This document shows, piece after piece, positions 26,601 through 41,818 of a DNA stretch of 64,000 nt. The translations under genes and the position numbers were made by a program. Under the pieces are notes generated by a model. It searched no databases and was not told the origin of the DNA. It saw only the letters and a list, made by a program, of their open reading frames with translations. This DNA comes from Catajapyx aquilonaris. Its lineage: Eukaryota. Each line of letters opens with the position of its first letter. Positions within the stretch are counted from its first letter, which is position 1. Location: contig KZ537984.1 in NCBI GenBank assembly GCA_000934665.2, forward strand, positions 1 to 64,000. Direction: 5' to 3'.

Positions 26601-29600
26601 CTGTTGAAACGAGGGATTTGCATTCTGGACTCGAGCACGTCGCAGGATGAATCCAAGGGGTGATTGACAAGTGAACTGAGAGGATATAGGGAGAGGAGTA
26701 GGGGGAGAAGAGCCGAGAAGGCAAATGCTCCTCTTGGCAGTGTGCATATATCGTGTCGGCTTCGCTTCCCACCTGGTGGGCCACACTTTTCACATCCAGA
26801 TTAGAATGCGTCAAGTGTATTGTCGGGGCTGTGGTGTCATCTCCTGAATGGGAAATGCGCGCCAGTTGCAATCAAGAGGCAGGAAGTTTTGTATATTGAG
26901 CATGGGCTGGGTTCGTCTCAAGTATATAAGGAACAGGAAGAGCACGTGCTTTGCTAAGAACATGGCGGGCGTGTACGCATAAATCGTGTGTGTCACAATG
27001 TTAAATGCGGCACGTGAGCCTTCAAGTACAGGAACCACAAAATGATAAAATGCTAACTATAAGACAAATCAAACAACCGCACAATTAACAACATCTGAAG
27101 ATAGCTTGGGAAAAAAAAGTGGCATACCACACCCTATATCAATATGTTAGGTTACACATGTTTTTGTGACTTCAACCGCATGCACTTTACGTACTTTTCG
27201 AGTCCATTCCAGCTTTTCTCTCCGGCGTGCCCAGTGCCCCACAACTGTCACTGCAAAGTGCACGTAGAAACAAACGACCGACGATTTTCCCAGAAATCAA
27301 TGCAGAAAACTGCTGAAAAGATGTGGATCTGGAAAGAAAGAAGAAAAAAAAACGAAGAAGGAGAGTGAAAAGAGATTATATATGAAATGGTCCGGCATCG
27401 CCCGAATTTTTTAGCCAAGAACACAAATACATGTTGACTTGGCCATTTCTGGGTGAAATCGGGGAAAAGGAACATAAAAGGTCTCGCCCCTGGGAAATTT
27501 GGAGAGGGGAAGTGCCCCCGAGGCCGTCACTGTGCGGGTCGATAATCCTCTCAGGGAAGTTGGACCAACAGATTGTCCTGGAGGGACGATGGCGGATCCA
27601 AACGTGGGATGGAAAAAAAGGAAAAAAAAGGGAGACTTTTCTTCGGCTCTCAGGATTACATTCACATACTTCCAGGGCATTTCCCCAAGATTCGACCTGC
27701 ACTTAGTTTGCAGCATTTCCGGTCCAAACAGGGAAAACGACACCTGCTTTTATTCACTCCCAACGAGATGAGGAAGATTCAGTTTACGTGGTGCTTATCT
27801 GCTCAGCATGGTTCGTACTCCGTTCGTACTACTTGTATGTAGATATAGGCTACACCATATCTGGCAGTACACTTGCTGCAAAACCGTGGGAAGTGAATCG
27901 CACCTGCTTGTGATGTGGTTACATGAGTGCCAACGCGGGACATAAGCAATGGAGACCACTAAGCTCTAAAAGGACAGCTCGAGTAGCTCAAGTAGAAGGA
28001 GGACACTGGACAGCATCAATGGTCCGCAGTGTGGTCGGAAGAGGGGATGGTTACAAGTGACCACTTGGAACCCCTCCCATATACTCTCTGAATACACGAT
28101 TAGAGGGAACAAAGTACACTTCAGCATATATGGCGCAGTGCGTGCAGATGATTAAAAGGCCGCAAAGCACTGCATCATGCGGGTCAGACCGCCGCAAAAC
28201 ATGGGCAAATATTAGCTTAGAAAATGTTTTATGCGCTTCGGCAGCACTTTGTACCTGTCCGGCAACTAAGTGTTTAGCACCCCAAACCCTCATTGAAATG
28301 TGATTAGTGAGATTTGCCTTCCACCTCTTATACTGTACTCCAGTAAATTGCATTCGGCATGAAAAAATACCTGTGTGTACCGGTGCTAAGGAATATTTCA
28401 AGCGGGGGCGGAAGTAAATTGCTATTCCGCACCACATCAAAACAAATGGACTCCGTGACACGACTACCGGGAGTATGGGAACTTGCTAATTACAACCGCC
28501 AAATGTAACGTCCGCCAACATGCAAAACTTTCAGTTATTGATATGCTTCGTGCACCTCAGCCAGTTCCTGATAAAATTTTACGTAAGTCTGCAATTTGTC
28601 AACTCTCGCAATCAGACTGAAGATGCTCCAACGCACAGTAGCCTGCAATGTACCAGACCGCCGGCTGACAGAAATACGCACGCACGTTGTAATAATACGA
28701 AGTCGCGACTTTTGCGGTGCAAGCAGAGAGATAACTTGTTGGCAGAAACATCGTGAGAGCTGCGGTGTTTGCTGGCCGGGGGCATCCGCAGTTAGGAGAA
28801 AGCCGCAGCTCTCAAGGCGCTTGCATTCCGACTCTAATTTACGGGCTGCACTCCTTTTTTTTATTAAAAAAAACAAGTAGCCAATTTTTACCTTTCTCAC
28901 AACTCAGATTCTTGGAGTCTCGAAGGATTCGGCTTCCCAGAATGACTAACGCGTGTGTTTATGACGTGGAACTGTGGAAGTGAAAATAGGGAGCAGTGAT
29001 AGATACTGCTGTTTCTCTTCAGGGACTCCGAATTTTTTTGGTGGGGCCTACAGTATGCCTAACCGACGCTTTTTCCCGAAGTTTTTGAAAAATGCAACAA
29101 TCCCTGGTGCATTATATAGCCGCGGATCACTGTACTAAACTGATTTGAGGCATTCCAAAGTTATTAAACATTTGTGACCCATTGATCAGTCGGGCTGGCC
29201 GATATTTGAAGACTATACAGTTGTTTTAATGCGGTGTAGCAACAGAAGCAGGCTTGACACATGTGGGTTTTAACGGCCAGATTTAATTATCAGGCCGCTG
29301 CAGTTAAAATCCCTCACACAACAGTTCAAACGTTAGGTGCAATTAGCCGAAATTACAAATCAAAATACACGTACGCTACTCCATGGAATTAGTTTATCGA
29401 TACCTGTGATAGCTTAACACACACTAGAATGCATGTAAAATTAGATCAGTCGCCGAATCACGTGTGATATCATTTGTATTGTGTGTGGGTGTGTTTGGAC
29501 AGTGGCTGTGATTGTTGCTTCTTCATCCGCCTGCAAAAATTTTGTGCGAGAACAACACAATAATACTACCGGAAACAGATATAGAAAAAACCGACAAAGC

Positions 29601-31404
29601 TGTGATTCCAGCAATCAAAATAATCATCTCTCTAACATGTCCCAAACATAAATTATAATTTAAAAGGTGGTTCACCGGCTGCACCAATGATATCGGTCGG
29701 GTTCTCACAATCATTCTTATATAATTTTCTATTGTTATATGTTGCGAGTAACACTTTTACAAGCAGCCAATCCTTTGTTTCTTAAATATCTAGGGTGAAT
29801 AATGAGTTGTAATGGCCTGTCGCAACAAATAACCTCCACTATGGAAAGCTATAAAATGCTGCGGGATAATCCCATTGGTGTGAATTCGTGTGAATATTAT
29901 TAAAAGAATAAAGAACCACTCATCATTGGTGTGTAATTGATGCAGTTGACAGATAGGATGTCACTAATGCATTGTACAAGCCAAACGGTGTTAATTTCTG
30001 CGAACATTTATTACGAGAGCTCCTGCAATGCGTGTAACTCTACCCACTATTTGGCGCAATATTTAATTACATACCAATTATTACATTTTCACACAGATTG
30101 TAAATATAGAACCACCGATTATTTCGCCAGTGTGCACAATAGTTCCAAGCCTACAAATCGGAACAAAAAAAGTATATTACATGCCAAACGATAAAAATCA
30201 AGGCTGTGTAACTGCAGGGGCCAAAATTATGTCCCACTGCCTATTGTGTCAGTGATTTCTCCTCCCCATGACCCCCTCTTTGCCCCCACGCAGAGAGAAG
30301 ACACCACGCAGAGTTTCTTTTCTTTTTTTTACGTATATTCCTAGATGTAGGATATAGCATCATTGTAGGGGCAGTCCCTTAGAAGGTGCCCCCGGGCTGC
30401 CCTAGGCCTCCCTACTGCCACCTGTCAGCACGGAATGTAGCCTCCGTGGCTCCCTCATTACCCCAAAGGCTCCACGGGCTACATTTGCAGCGGACAAGAA
30501 AAAAAAGAACAATAATAAAAAAGTTGGTGCCCCTCCGGCTAAGAATGGCTGCCTCTCCCCCCATCATACCAGCTCCCCTATGTGCCCTGTGCAGGGAGTA
30601 TTAATCTACTATATCTACCCCGAATTCTCTTTTTTTTGTATAGTGTATACCAAACGGGCAAAAAAAGAAGAGGAAGGAATCCTCCGCCCTAAACAGGCAT
30701 TCCATTCAGCAACCAGATTTTGCCAGGATATATTCACCAACACCAGTGTTTCAATAGCACAAAATCCAAAACTTTTCCTATAAGCGTTGCTAACGAAAAA
30801 AATATCCAAAGTCCTATAGTGTTGACAGATGAGCAAACCTTAAATATATTTTTTTTGCACAAATTATTTAAAACCAGCCTTATAACTAATTGTTTGCACT
30901 GAAGCGGAAGGCGGGTTCCGTCCGCGTGGGTAATTAATTTCGCTCCACAAACTATCTTACAAGACCCCGCGAGATGAAGGCGTGATTCAGTGCAAAGTAT
31001 CTGGCGAGGAACGCAAACAATAGATTAGTTCTTCGCCACAAGTAGACTGGATGATACGCCAGAGTGGCCAGTTTTTGGTGGCCGGATCCACTCCTCGTGA
31101 CCGATGGCCATTTGCTGAAGATCGGGGGGCATTGTTTGAGTAAGGTAAGCGTTTCTTTCTCAAGGATAGCAAGCGGGATGGAGGGTGGTAGGAGTGGCTA
31201 AGAAAAGGGAGGGTGATGGATGATGTTGCTGGGAAGGATCCTCGTGATCACTGTACTTTTGAATTCGCCACCTCTTTGCAGTTGTAGTCAGCAGGCCGTT
31301 TTTCATCGATAATCTCCTCGGCCAGGTTGGAAAAATCTTACACCTTTTTACCTGCCGAATACTCGATCACTCCCTGCTAACCCAATCTAAGCTTCCCTAT
31401 AGTC

Positions 31405-31657
31405 TAATTGGACAGTGTTATATGCAATAATGAGTCAACCCACATGAGAAAACATTGAGAAAAAGGGCTAGTTTGAATGTCACACCTGTGAAATCAATCC
31501 AGTGTCATTTTCGGCCATTTATGTCAGCATTTCGCCAGATTGATTTTAATTTAATGAAGTACCGGTATATGTTCCTGGGATCAACTCAATTATTGCGACA
31601 TTTTTTGTGGGTTGACACAATATTGCATAACACCCGTTGATAACATCCGTCCAATTA
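31405..31657. mobile_element. ~250-bp MITE with long imperfect TIRs
   Basis: Left end is taattggacagtgttatatgcaataatgagtcaacccaca. The reverse complement of the right end is taattggacggatgttatcaacgggtgttatgcaatattgtgtcaacccaca: the same motif blocks with one indel. Confidence 0.7.
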
Positions 31658-33440
31658 ACAACTGCTGGTTACATTTTATGTTGGCAGCAGTGAGCATAAA
31701 GAATGACGGGCCATTTCTTTTTCTCAGACTGGGACTAACCTGTGCTCAATGACGCATAGGCTGTGCCATGTTGGAAGCAGGCAAGCGCGTCGTAATTAGC
31801 CCGTAATCTATTGTTTCACTATCCGTGTGGGAACCGGACATCACGTGGAATGTTTGCGTTGTGTCCTTCGCCTTATATACGGCTCGAGGCCAGGAGTATT
31901 ACATTCGTAATGTGTCCAGCTCAAGTACAAGGTGGGCACCTCTCTTGGGGTTTGCCACTGAGGCTGGAGCTAATTTATGATTTCCTCTGGGAAAGATGTG
32001 GGCAATTTCGGCTTTCTAATCGCGCCGACGTGCGCTTGAAATGACGCGCATGCCCGGAACCGCTATCCTGTCATTATCCACCAGGCAACAGCCTGTGAGG
32101 AAACAATTAGCAGACATTTGGCAGGATCCAAAGTTGGAGAGAGAAAAAATTACACGAGCCAAGGTCTACAAGAAACGGGTTTGTTGTGTGCAATCTACTT
32201 CTGGGTGGAGCAAATAAAAATGAGATACTCTGCACTAGTGAAGTCTACTGTGACGTAATAAATTATTCTCCAAAAGTGTTACTGTACGTATATGTAGTAC
32301 AGTTTATGATACTGTACTGTACATAACCTACAAAAAGGGCCCAGCAATAAATTAAAATCATAGGGGAAACGTGACCGTGCCTGGCATGGCCACAAGACGG
32401 ACAGTACTGATGTGGTCACCCAAAAGTCATGCAGCAGCTTAGGGCAAGTATATAAGATTACTGGTATGCTACCATATAGGCTGCCATGAGACTTTCAAGA
32501 AAAAAAGCATGCAATAATGTGTAAATGGGAATTACCCGGAATCTTTTGTAATGAGAGTGTGTGGAATTAGCATGTGACGAGGCATCTCCAGAGACGGAGG
32601 CGTTACCCAGTTTGCCCACCGATTAGCAGTAACGCCCACGTATCTCCCTCGACTATGCGGATGCAGCCCGCCTCCTTTTCACGACTACTGTTGACCATAA
32701 ACCAGTTTGACAGCTGCATATTTGCAGGTTGTAAAGGGACAAATATGGAAATAAACTGCGCCGGTGGAGACTTTGTCACAAAAATGCAACTTTTATGCCC
32801 ACCGTGCATTGCACCGCAAGACACGAAACGCTGTAAAAAGCTATCCCAGAAGCGTTTTATACTTCTGGGCGAGCAAAAAGGGAGACACGGGCTGAATAAC
32901 CTGCGAAAAACTGGCGCCGCATAAATCCGCGGTCTCCCTGCAAGAACACTGTAACCTACTCTTCGTTGACAGAAATTTCTAACACTTTCAGGCAAGTTTT
33001 ACTACTGCATAAGCCCTGCTACAAAAACCGGAATTCCGTATTTTTATAAAACTACGCGACGAACCAGCCACTTTTCCTTAAATAAAATCTCAGAAGCTCT
33101 CAATTAATTTTCAGCAGAAATGTTCATTTCTTATAAAATTTTTACAGTCGACAATTTTTAGGCGGAAATTGTGGCGGTCCAATCCTGATGGCGGATCTCA
33201 CATTGCAGGACTGAACCCGACCTGTCTTTTTTCATCTCTAATTAACCCTTTCAGTAAACAATATTGTGACAAAATCCTGCCACTCGCTTCAGCAGTGAGC
33301 AACGACAAAAAAAGTTGCATGAAAAGCCCTTCGTGGACACCTCTATTGACTAATGGACAGCAGCCCGTTGCGCCTCGTGCAGCCCACTAAGCCCTATCCA
33401 GCTTTTCGAGTTGCACGACGAACTAACTTCCCTCAGCACC

Positions 33441-33464
33441 ACACACACACACACACACACACAC
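33441..33464. repeat. (AC)12 microsatellite
   Basis: read directly. Confidence 0.95.
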
Positions 33465-36400
33465 CCGATATCCAAAGGCTTTGATCGGCCAGAAAGGGGG
33501 GGTAGTGCTGCGCACTTTACCAAGCAAGAGAAACCTGCAAATGGGAGATAAGTTTGGACAATGTAAAGGGTCAGTAAGGCAAAGCTCCCCTCCCCCCCCC
33601 CCTCTCTCTACCAGCAATGATTATAGGAGGCGGTATATGCTAAAAGCAGGAAGGCTTATCTGGCTGGCCCGACTGGTCTGGACCAGTCCGGGCTGCTGGC
33701 CATCCATGCTCGGCAGGTATTCTGGCGTTGAAATTTCCCCGGCTGGAACACGTGCGATTGCGTGGGGGATACTATACATTGGCCCCACTCTTGCGTAGCG
33801 TGTGCGGGGGAGGGTACTTTTTGTCCCATCACCCATCTAGTGAGAGTGTGTGTGTGCGTGAAGCAGGAGGGGTAGACTCAGACAGACGTGGCCTTGCGGA
33901 CGGGAAACATGCTGATTTGCAAATTGCTCGTAATGGCTCGGAAATGAAGGTTGGCCCAGGTCGAGGTATGGGAAAGCATCTGTCACGTTGTGCAGGTGCT
34001 CCAAGGTGCATGCAAAAAAGGAAAAGGGGGGCACGCCATATGCTAAATGTGATGTTGTACTGGTCGAGAAGGATTTTGCAGGCCAATGTAAAGGAACGGT
34101 CATAACTCATAACAATACGGCTGATATTTTTTGTGCTCCGGATTTTATACACCATCAGAGTACTATGGCATACTGCAACAACTGCAATGCACAACCAGGA
34201 AAATTGCTGAGGATTTACTGACGTGAAGCACCATCATTTATTCACGCAGTCATGTTTTGTTGACAATATATGACACTCCGCCTAATAACTTTGATCCACG
34301 TGGACATCAAAATCCTTTCTGCTATCACAAAAAAATCGTTGTTTTTTTGCGGGAGACAAGGATTTTTATTGCCGTCTTTAAAATGTCATGTTACAACATA
34401 ATATTTTTGGTTCACTAAAATTCCAGGGGTAACAACAACAAAGATTGTAGAATATTTCACATACAAATTTTCTGAGTGTCACTTTGTAAGGTTACAACGT
34501 CGTTCATCGCAAAATGGCCCAATTCCAAGTACTGATTCCAATACATTAACTCTCCAAACCATCCAGATTCAGCCAATCCTGCCAACACATGTAGAGAGCA
34601 TTAAATCATATACAGGAATCCCACATTCCCCCCAAGGTGTAAATAAAGACGTTTTCCTCGACACTCCTTTAAAAAAACCAACCATATTCCTGACATCCGG
34701 AAACCATACACAAATCCTATGGCATGTGCTTGCCATAAATTCCTAGCTGATTTCTTCCCCCGCCACAAATAAAGACCTTCTCTTGGCAAGAGAGCACCTT
34801 TGTGCCGAACCCCCAGCTGAGTCCAGACCTCAGCATCTCTGGAAAGTATGCATCTCTCTGTAGACATGGCGGCGTCCCCACCCACAGTAAACAAGGGTAG
34901 GGAATGTGGGTTCTGTGGGGAAAGAGAAGGGTCCAGCTCGGGTTGCAGGGGCTGGCCCTCCGCAACAGGGGAGTGATTTACGGGCCTAGCAGTTGCACAC
35001 AACAAGGCGCACAAGGCTGGGGTGTCCTCCACACCGCACCTTTCAAATCCCCAACATTAGGGGTCGATTCTGGGCCTCGAGGCGACTGGTGGCCAGTGTT
35101 GCGGTCGGGTCCGGACATCCACAGACCGCACTGCAGGGGTTGCTGATACTAACATCCATATCGCGCCCTTTGCGACAATGGGGACAAATTAAGCGCAGGG
35201 GGAGGGTTGGAGACTTGGAACAAGGAATCCGAAAGGTGAGGGATAGCCCTCGCCTCCCCCTTGGAAGGGATGCCTAATTGTCGCCATTGGACGGCGGGGG
35301 TCGTCCATCACTTTTGGTGACACGAGAGTGTGTCGAGGTTTTATAAATCAAATGTTTTTATTGCGTAACGAGAAGGCGTCAAAATAAGTGTCGGATGTGT
35401 CAAAACTTTAGTGCCAGGTGCTGGATTGGTGAATGCGGCTAGGCACATGCCGTGCCTACAAACCGTGTCTCAAACAACCACAGTATACATAGAGTTATAG
35501 CTAAATTATATATGGCAAATGTGTACATAGACTGTATAGCCTGAGCACTTATTGCAGATGACTGATAAAGTAAGTGGAGCGTTTCAAACTCTCAGATGTC
35601 TCCGTCGAAGCCACAAAACTGTGTTCACACGCAACTCACTGGCGGTTTAATCTAACAAGTAGATCTGAGCAAGCAAAGTCATTACACTATAGCAGCGCCA
35701 TTTACTAGATTGCTTCCACCGAGTGGTCAGTAGGAATAGAGCTCGAACCATTATTTTCTCCCAACCTCTTCTGGAAATAGCCCCCAACTTGCCTCTATAT
35801 GCAGCCCTTCATTTCTTCATTTTGGGACTATTACCTAACCAGACATGGGAAAGTAAAGGCTCGATTTGATGCCCGCTACTGATAGCCAAAATGTTTCTCG
35901 CATTAAAACAGCTTACATTTTACGAAAAAGAAAGAGAGAGGAATAATGTTGTCCTATGCAGGCGATAATTCCCAATGTAATGAACTCGTGATTGCAACAA
36001 TTCCAAGTGATAATGAGGAAATTAAATGAATGTGCTGCCACGCTCGGGATTCGGTCATCAACCATATTCAAATGAGCTCGAACGGTTCCTTTATCAGAGA
36101 CACGTCCCCTGATGTAGCGGCAGAAATTACCACACCCGTTCTTCAACTTAATTATCATTGCAACCTACTGAAGTACGCGTTTACCTTAGGCCATACAAGC
36201 TTCCTGCAGTCTGCGAATATGAAACAGCACACAATTGCTGCTGTATACGCGCAGCTGACGGAGCGATTTGCATTCACAGGAAATGAGGTCAGTAGTATAT
36301 ATACGGAAAAGACATTGGTCGGAAAACTTTTTGATCCATCGCACAGTTTCTTCTTCATCAAAGCGCCATTAAAGGTATTAAAAATGCACGGAAAATTTAC

Positions 36401-38857
36401 CCTTCAAAGTACTCTGCAGCTTTTCTTCTCCTCGATAATCCAATTATGCAGGCCTTAAGATTCCAAAGTGCCCCCTTCTTGTGAGAAGAAATTCCAGTTA
36501 ACTTACTCAAAAGTACAGCATTGTCTAAGGATGCATTAAAAATTCCAGATGAAATTTAGGAAGCAAGACAAAGATACTATGCGTGGAGACATAAATTCCG
36601 TGTGCTTTGGACTTTGCCGGTTTCCAAAAAAACATTTCACATCCTGAAACAATGTCACTTGCAATGTTCACTGTTCCTCTTTTCCACCGCTGCACATATT
36701 GTCGAGCTGTTGACGTACACACTGGCACACTGATTGTGAGTTCCGGATTATCTGCCAGTGATTTATCGAGCATTCATTGAAGTTCAGAAAGTGGCAATTA
36801 AACATCCATGATGGTAATTGTCAGTTTCATTTTCCGACCGTTATGTGGGTTTGCTGCAATCTAGATCAAAGCCTTTTCGAACTACCGCCATTCATTTAGT
36901 CCACAACTATCAGTAGTTTATGGCCAGGTCATATTGTGACAGGAGCTGGCGTGACTGCAGTAACAGACCTTTTTCAGATTAATTATCTCTCTCTATACGG
37001 CTATAATCAGGTGTACGTGTCACTCATTCCGTCACACATCAACATTGATAAATTCGTTTATCTACGTACTTGTACAGTGTGGAAGTGGGGAGGGGGATGT
37101 ACAGTCTGCACACTGAACAGGGACACCGTCAGATCTGGTTCATATCACGCCGGCATTAGCACCATCTGATACGTGGGATTACATGACATAACAAAATACA
37201 CAGTCGGACGAGGCGTCAAATTTGCTGTTTCAGGGGAAAACCACGCAACTTCGACAACCTCATAATGTCACCACTATACAAACAGTACAAGGTTCGCTGA
37301 ATTGCACACTCTATTACTTGGTACAGCAACTGACATGTAATTAAATCCGCGCTTATGTTCTGAAATGTTGAGTTTATTGCAGTAAATACGCGCTCAATAC
37401 GCGCTACTAACATTTATAAATTATTTACAACTGCAGCAAGTACGTTACTACATTTAAGGCCACAAGTTATCTTCCAGACATTGCCAACTCCTGTCACGAC
37501 CGACCTGGCCAGTTCATCATCAAGCAACAAAAATTCTTCAGGACGCGAACCGGCCTGATTTCAGTCACACAAGAATGCGCAACCCTGAAATGATTCGAAC
37601 TCCATAAAATAGTTCACTGCGTTTTACAACTTATTCTCACGTTATATTCCTCCCACAGCGCATTCGGTTGTGATACACATGTGCGAGGAACGAGAACATG
37701 GTGCCACACAAATTAGGCCTAATTTCGCCCCATTCAGGCGCACACCCGAACGATTTAAACAATTCGGTTGGGCCCCCATTGTATTATTTTCCCTAATAAC
37801 CACTCTCCTCCCGGCAAAAGCGCGCTCCGAATAAATCCGACTTGGCATTCCAGGCTAGAGTTTCACGGACATCTCTTTCTATTCTGCTCGAGAAGGTGTA
37901 AGTGAGTCTGGCGGCAGTAGCAGTTGGGCAGTTCTGGTTGGCTGTGGACCGGCTGGTGAGGCTACGAGAAATGCTAATTAGCTCCGGCAACGCATATTAA
38001 TGCAGCCCGAAAGCCGGTAATTGTACGTCTCTCGCTACTTACGGACATTCCAGTGGATCCTGCAAATTACATGCAGGGCGTGAGGAGAATCTGCAGACAG
38101 AAAGGAGAGAGAGAGGAGAGAGAGAGGTGAGGTCCCTTGGCTACCGGACCCGTCCGACCGCCGTGATATGGATTGAATGAAAACCTGTTGCAGCAACTGG
38201 ATTAATTTGCAAGTATAGGACCAGAACCAGAGAGAGGATGCAGGATTCCCCTGGTGTGCAACGCTATTTTTTTCGTCTCTTGCACTGAGTGCAGACTAGT
38301 CTGTCTGCCCTCAGGTCAAATCCGCATTTATTTAGCGTCTGAAAATGGGGCCGAACCTGCACAGTGAGATGCGCTGCAATGGTGGTTGCCTATTCTGGAG
38401 GATAACTCTGGCTGACTCATGCAATTATAATGTAAGGAGTGGTTGACTTGGTTGCATTAGAGCCACGTGTAAATATTTACAATGCATGATATGACAAAAT
38501 CGTTGATACTATCTGATGCAATGATGGTCTGAAGAAATCAGGCTCAATGCGGACTCTCAAATGTAAAACTGCAGCAGATTTCATTTTACACGCTCATTTC
38601 ATATTTCCGCTTCCTATAATTACAAAAAAAAACTTCCGGGTTTTAGCTCCCCTTTTGATAACTTATATTTTTTTTAAAAATCCACCCTTCTGCACTCCTC
38701 GCGGGAAAGGATATTACTCCACAATACACGTTCCTCTGATGATGGAATTACTGAAGTGTATCAAAACAGGCGAGGCTGAAATTCGCCTCCTTCCCTTGCT
38801 CTCACCAAGTGTGACATAAAAGGCAGAGGATTCGTTATCCCAAAATGCTCTCATCTT

Positions 38858-38860
<3 letters not shown>

Positions 38861-38896
<36 letters not shown>
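38861..38896. repeat. (CT)18 microsatellite
   Basis: Read directly; produces the spurious RERERE ORF at 38714-38965. Confidence 0.95.
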
Positions 38897-38902
<6 letters not shown>

Positions 38903-39940
38903 CTCTCCTACTCCAAAGAGTCTACACCACATCTTGAGCAACTCAAACAGCTCATTAAAGTTCAATTAGTCGTTCTGGCTCAAAGGATTTAGCTCTCTGG
39001 AATACACGTGATTTTTTTCCCCCCCACTTCTGAAGCATCTTATGGCTTCACTGCACAAGTGGAACTTATGTGCGATTAAAGGACTGCAAATTGCGCGAAT
39101 AATGCTCGAGTAATTCACTTCAAACCGCTGATACAGCATATGTCTTAATAACAGTCATGCGAAGTTTCCACTGTTACAGATTTATAAAGCTAGCAAGTCG
39201 GTATGCTCAAGACAAAGTGTATCAACGTTCTGAATGTTCCTTGTGTTACGTACTGTACGTTTAAAATAATTTTTATAAAATTGTGAAAGTTTGGAGTCTA
39301 TTTATTAGTTTAAACTCATCCACGACAAGACGTATTTTGTGAGCCATTTTTTCCCATACATCAACATCATGTACTGTACACCTCATTATGCAGTTTGCGG
39401 TAGGGCAATATTTTTAGTCATGCCCTTGCAGTGAGTAAAGAGAAGGGCGGCAAAGTGGTGGGCCGCTGCAAAATCAGGTTCACAAGTGTCCCTGGAGTGT
39501 TATTACTCAATCAATGCCTCAAAAAAAGATGCGTCGGCACGGCGTTGGCAGCTGGGACCACCTTGTATAGCACAGAATGAGGTATAGCCAGCATCACTTT
39601 GCCTCATCTCGAGGCTCAGCAGTGGAAGGTGGCGACATTACGCGTGGAAGGAAGTTATCCGGCAAAATACGAGGTCGTTAGGAGCTGAAGTCTGGCGTCC
39701 GGAAGTGTTTAATGAGAATATAAGGCAAGCATAAGCATGGCGAAAGGGCCGCGGTTTACACTTTCTGAAGAGTGGCGAAATCTTGAGCGCGGAAAAAAAT
39801 ATACGAGCCACCCAAGTCATCTGCTTGTGTCACTTTAGCCAGTACTACACATTGAAACCTGATCGAAAAGCACTATACTGTAGGATTTATGTCACGGATG
39901 GCCCCTGTAATGACAAAGTATCGAATGGAAAAATGCAGCA

Positions 39941-40018
39941 CAGGGTGTGCCACAACTTCGCCAACCAGGCACTGTTATACACCTATACATTGTAGTCTCA
40001 AAGTTTTGAGTCAACCTG
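39941..40018. mobile_element. 78-bp degenerate CAGG(G/T)TG-ended MITE
   Basis: Left end cagggtgtgccacaactt vs reverse complement of right end caggttgactcaaaactt (13/18 identical); right flank is TA. Confidence 0.4.
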
Positions 40019-40228
40019 TAGCGCCATAAGCAAAACTGCTTTGGTGCTAAAGTGGGTGTAGAGTCAGGCTGTTCTCTCTCCCCTTCTTATAACACTCTAT
40101 ATAGTGTATACAATATCGCCCAGATGCATCTGGGGTGTATCCTGTAGATATCTCATTCCCGAGGCCCCCTCGTTTGGTGGAAATTGCGGCTTGGGCCAGC
40201 CCGAGGGTGGGGGGGAAAGAAGGTGGAA

Positions 40229-40248
40229 GAGAGAGAGAGAGAGAGAGA
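40229..40248. repeat. (GA)10 microsatellite
   Basis: read directly. Confidence 0.95.
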
Positions 40249-41818
40249 CCATCCAGAAGAGGATTTGAAACCTTCCTTCCTCTTTCTCACCACGCTCGGA
40301 TGCCTCAGCCAGATGCCGCCTCCGCCGCACACGGTGGTGTTGCAGGGTTATCGCTTCCAGCCAGAAAACAAGGAACCTGTGATCCTATTGGCGTTGTGCC
40401 GCAGCTGCAGTCTAAAACCCTCCGGAATCAAGGGCGTCTTTGGTCGTTCTGCCAGCTTACAATTTGATTCCAGAAGTGTGGAAGGCGCTGCGAGTCATCT
40501 CCCGAGGCTCAGACACGAGTTACTGCGGCTTGCAACACCAGCAGAGGAAGAGAGGATTTTTCTCTACTACAGATTACATTCACTTTATATCGACAGTCGA
40601 AAAATAGTATACAAGTATATAGCCAAACATGACCTATATCCGACCTACAGTATATATTGTGAAATAACTTCTTTCTTGATATAGGTCAAGATCGAGCTTC
40701 TAGTTGAAGGTAGCCTCATCAAATGGTATGATTCAGACAATATTTCTACCCGAGAAAAATTCTCCGCCGCACATATTGTACCCACTGCACTGTCTGAAAA
40801 AATCAATAATCCAAATTGCAAACTTGCGACCATTTCCATGCAAATAACGTATTAAACTTGCTTCATCTCATGCTATCCTGGCTTTGAAAGGAAGGCCTTG
40901 ATAAAGTAAATGAAATGCATGGACGTGTAAGTGTACAGCATTTGATGCGGTTTCATAAACCCGAGGAGTTACTGGGACCAAAATAAAACAGTGCCGGCAA
41001 CTGCACCGGGTAACTCATGAATAAGAAAACCATTCCATTAACATGGAGAACAGAGAGCATGTCTCTTTTATAGACTATTAGATGCCATAAAGCTGCCCTC
41101 AATCTAAATTCGGATAAGGCTCATACACTGCACTCTTATATACAGCAGGATGTCTCGCAAGGGTTTAACAGTAATGAATAAATCGAAGGAAGAAAAGCCG
41201 AATCGAATCTCTCGGCATTTCCAACAGTGAATTGACCAATGCTAATTTGGTACAATAAGCCCGAAAACATATTTCAACCTTGTTGCAGGCATATGCGTAT
41301 TTTCCTCGACGCAAATAAACTGTATACGAAGCGTGTTTTCCAGCGTATCTCCGATTGAGTGAGTTTTCCAATATGCCAAGACTCATTCATGCAGGAGGGT
41401 GTGCTGCATTCACTCATTCAGGCCTCTGAATACCGCTTCATTAAATATGACGTTTCCATATATATACTTCCAGTTGAGTGCACCCCTTCTCCAGTGTAAT
41501 CACGGAATAGGAAAGAAAGATGTCGTTCGAGCAACCCCCCCTACCCCCCCTCATCTCAACCAACACTCTTCTCGCCGGCAATCTTCATTCTCTGACCTTC
41601 TTCACCTTGTTTACTTCTCTTCACTCTATCAGAGAGGAGAGAGAGCCGGAGCCGTGGAGCAAGATCGGATTCAGAATCAATTTCTTTTCAAACGCAGAAC
41701 CATCACCGAGAGAGAAGTATAGGTAGGAAATGCTAGAAGCTTCCTTATTTTCCAGCAGGGGTTTTGGTGATGATACCTTCGAGTCGCGTCCTCACACTTT
41801 CACTCTTGGAGTCCTGAA

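Noticed and set aside
36525..36773. ORF with ARQYVQRWKR, reminiscent of a Tc1 transposase helix-turn-helix
   Set aside because: No DDE motifs or TIRs nearby; the similarity is too short.
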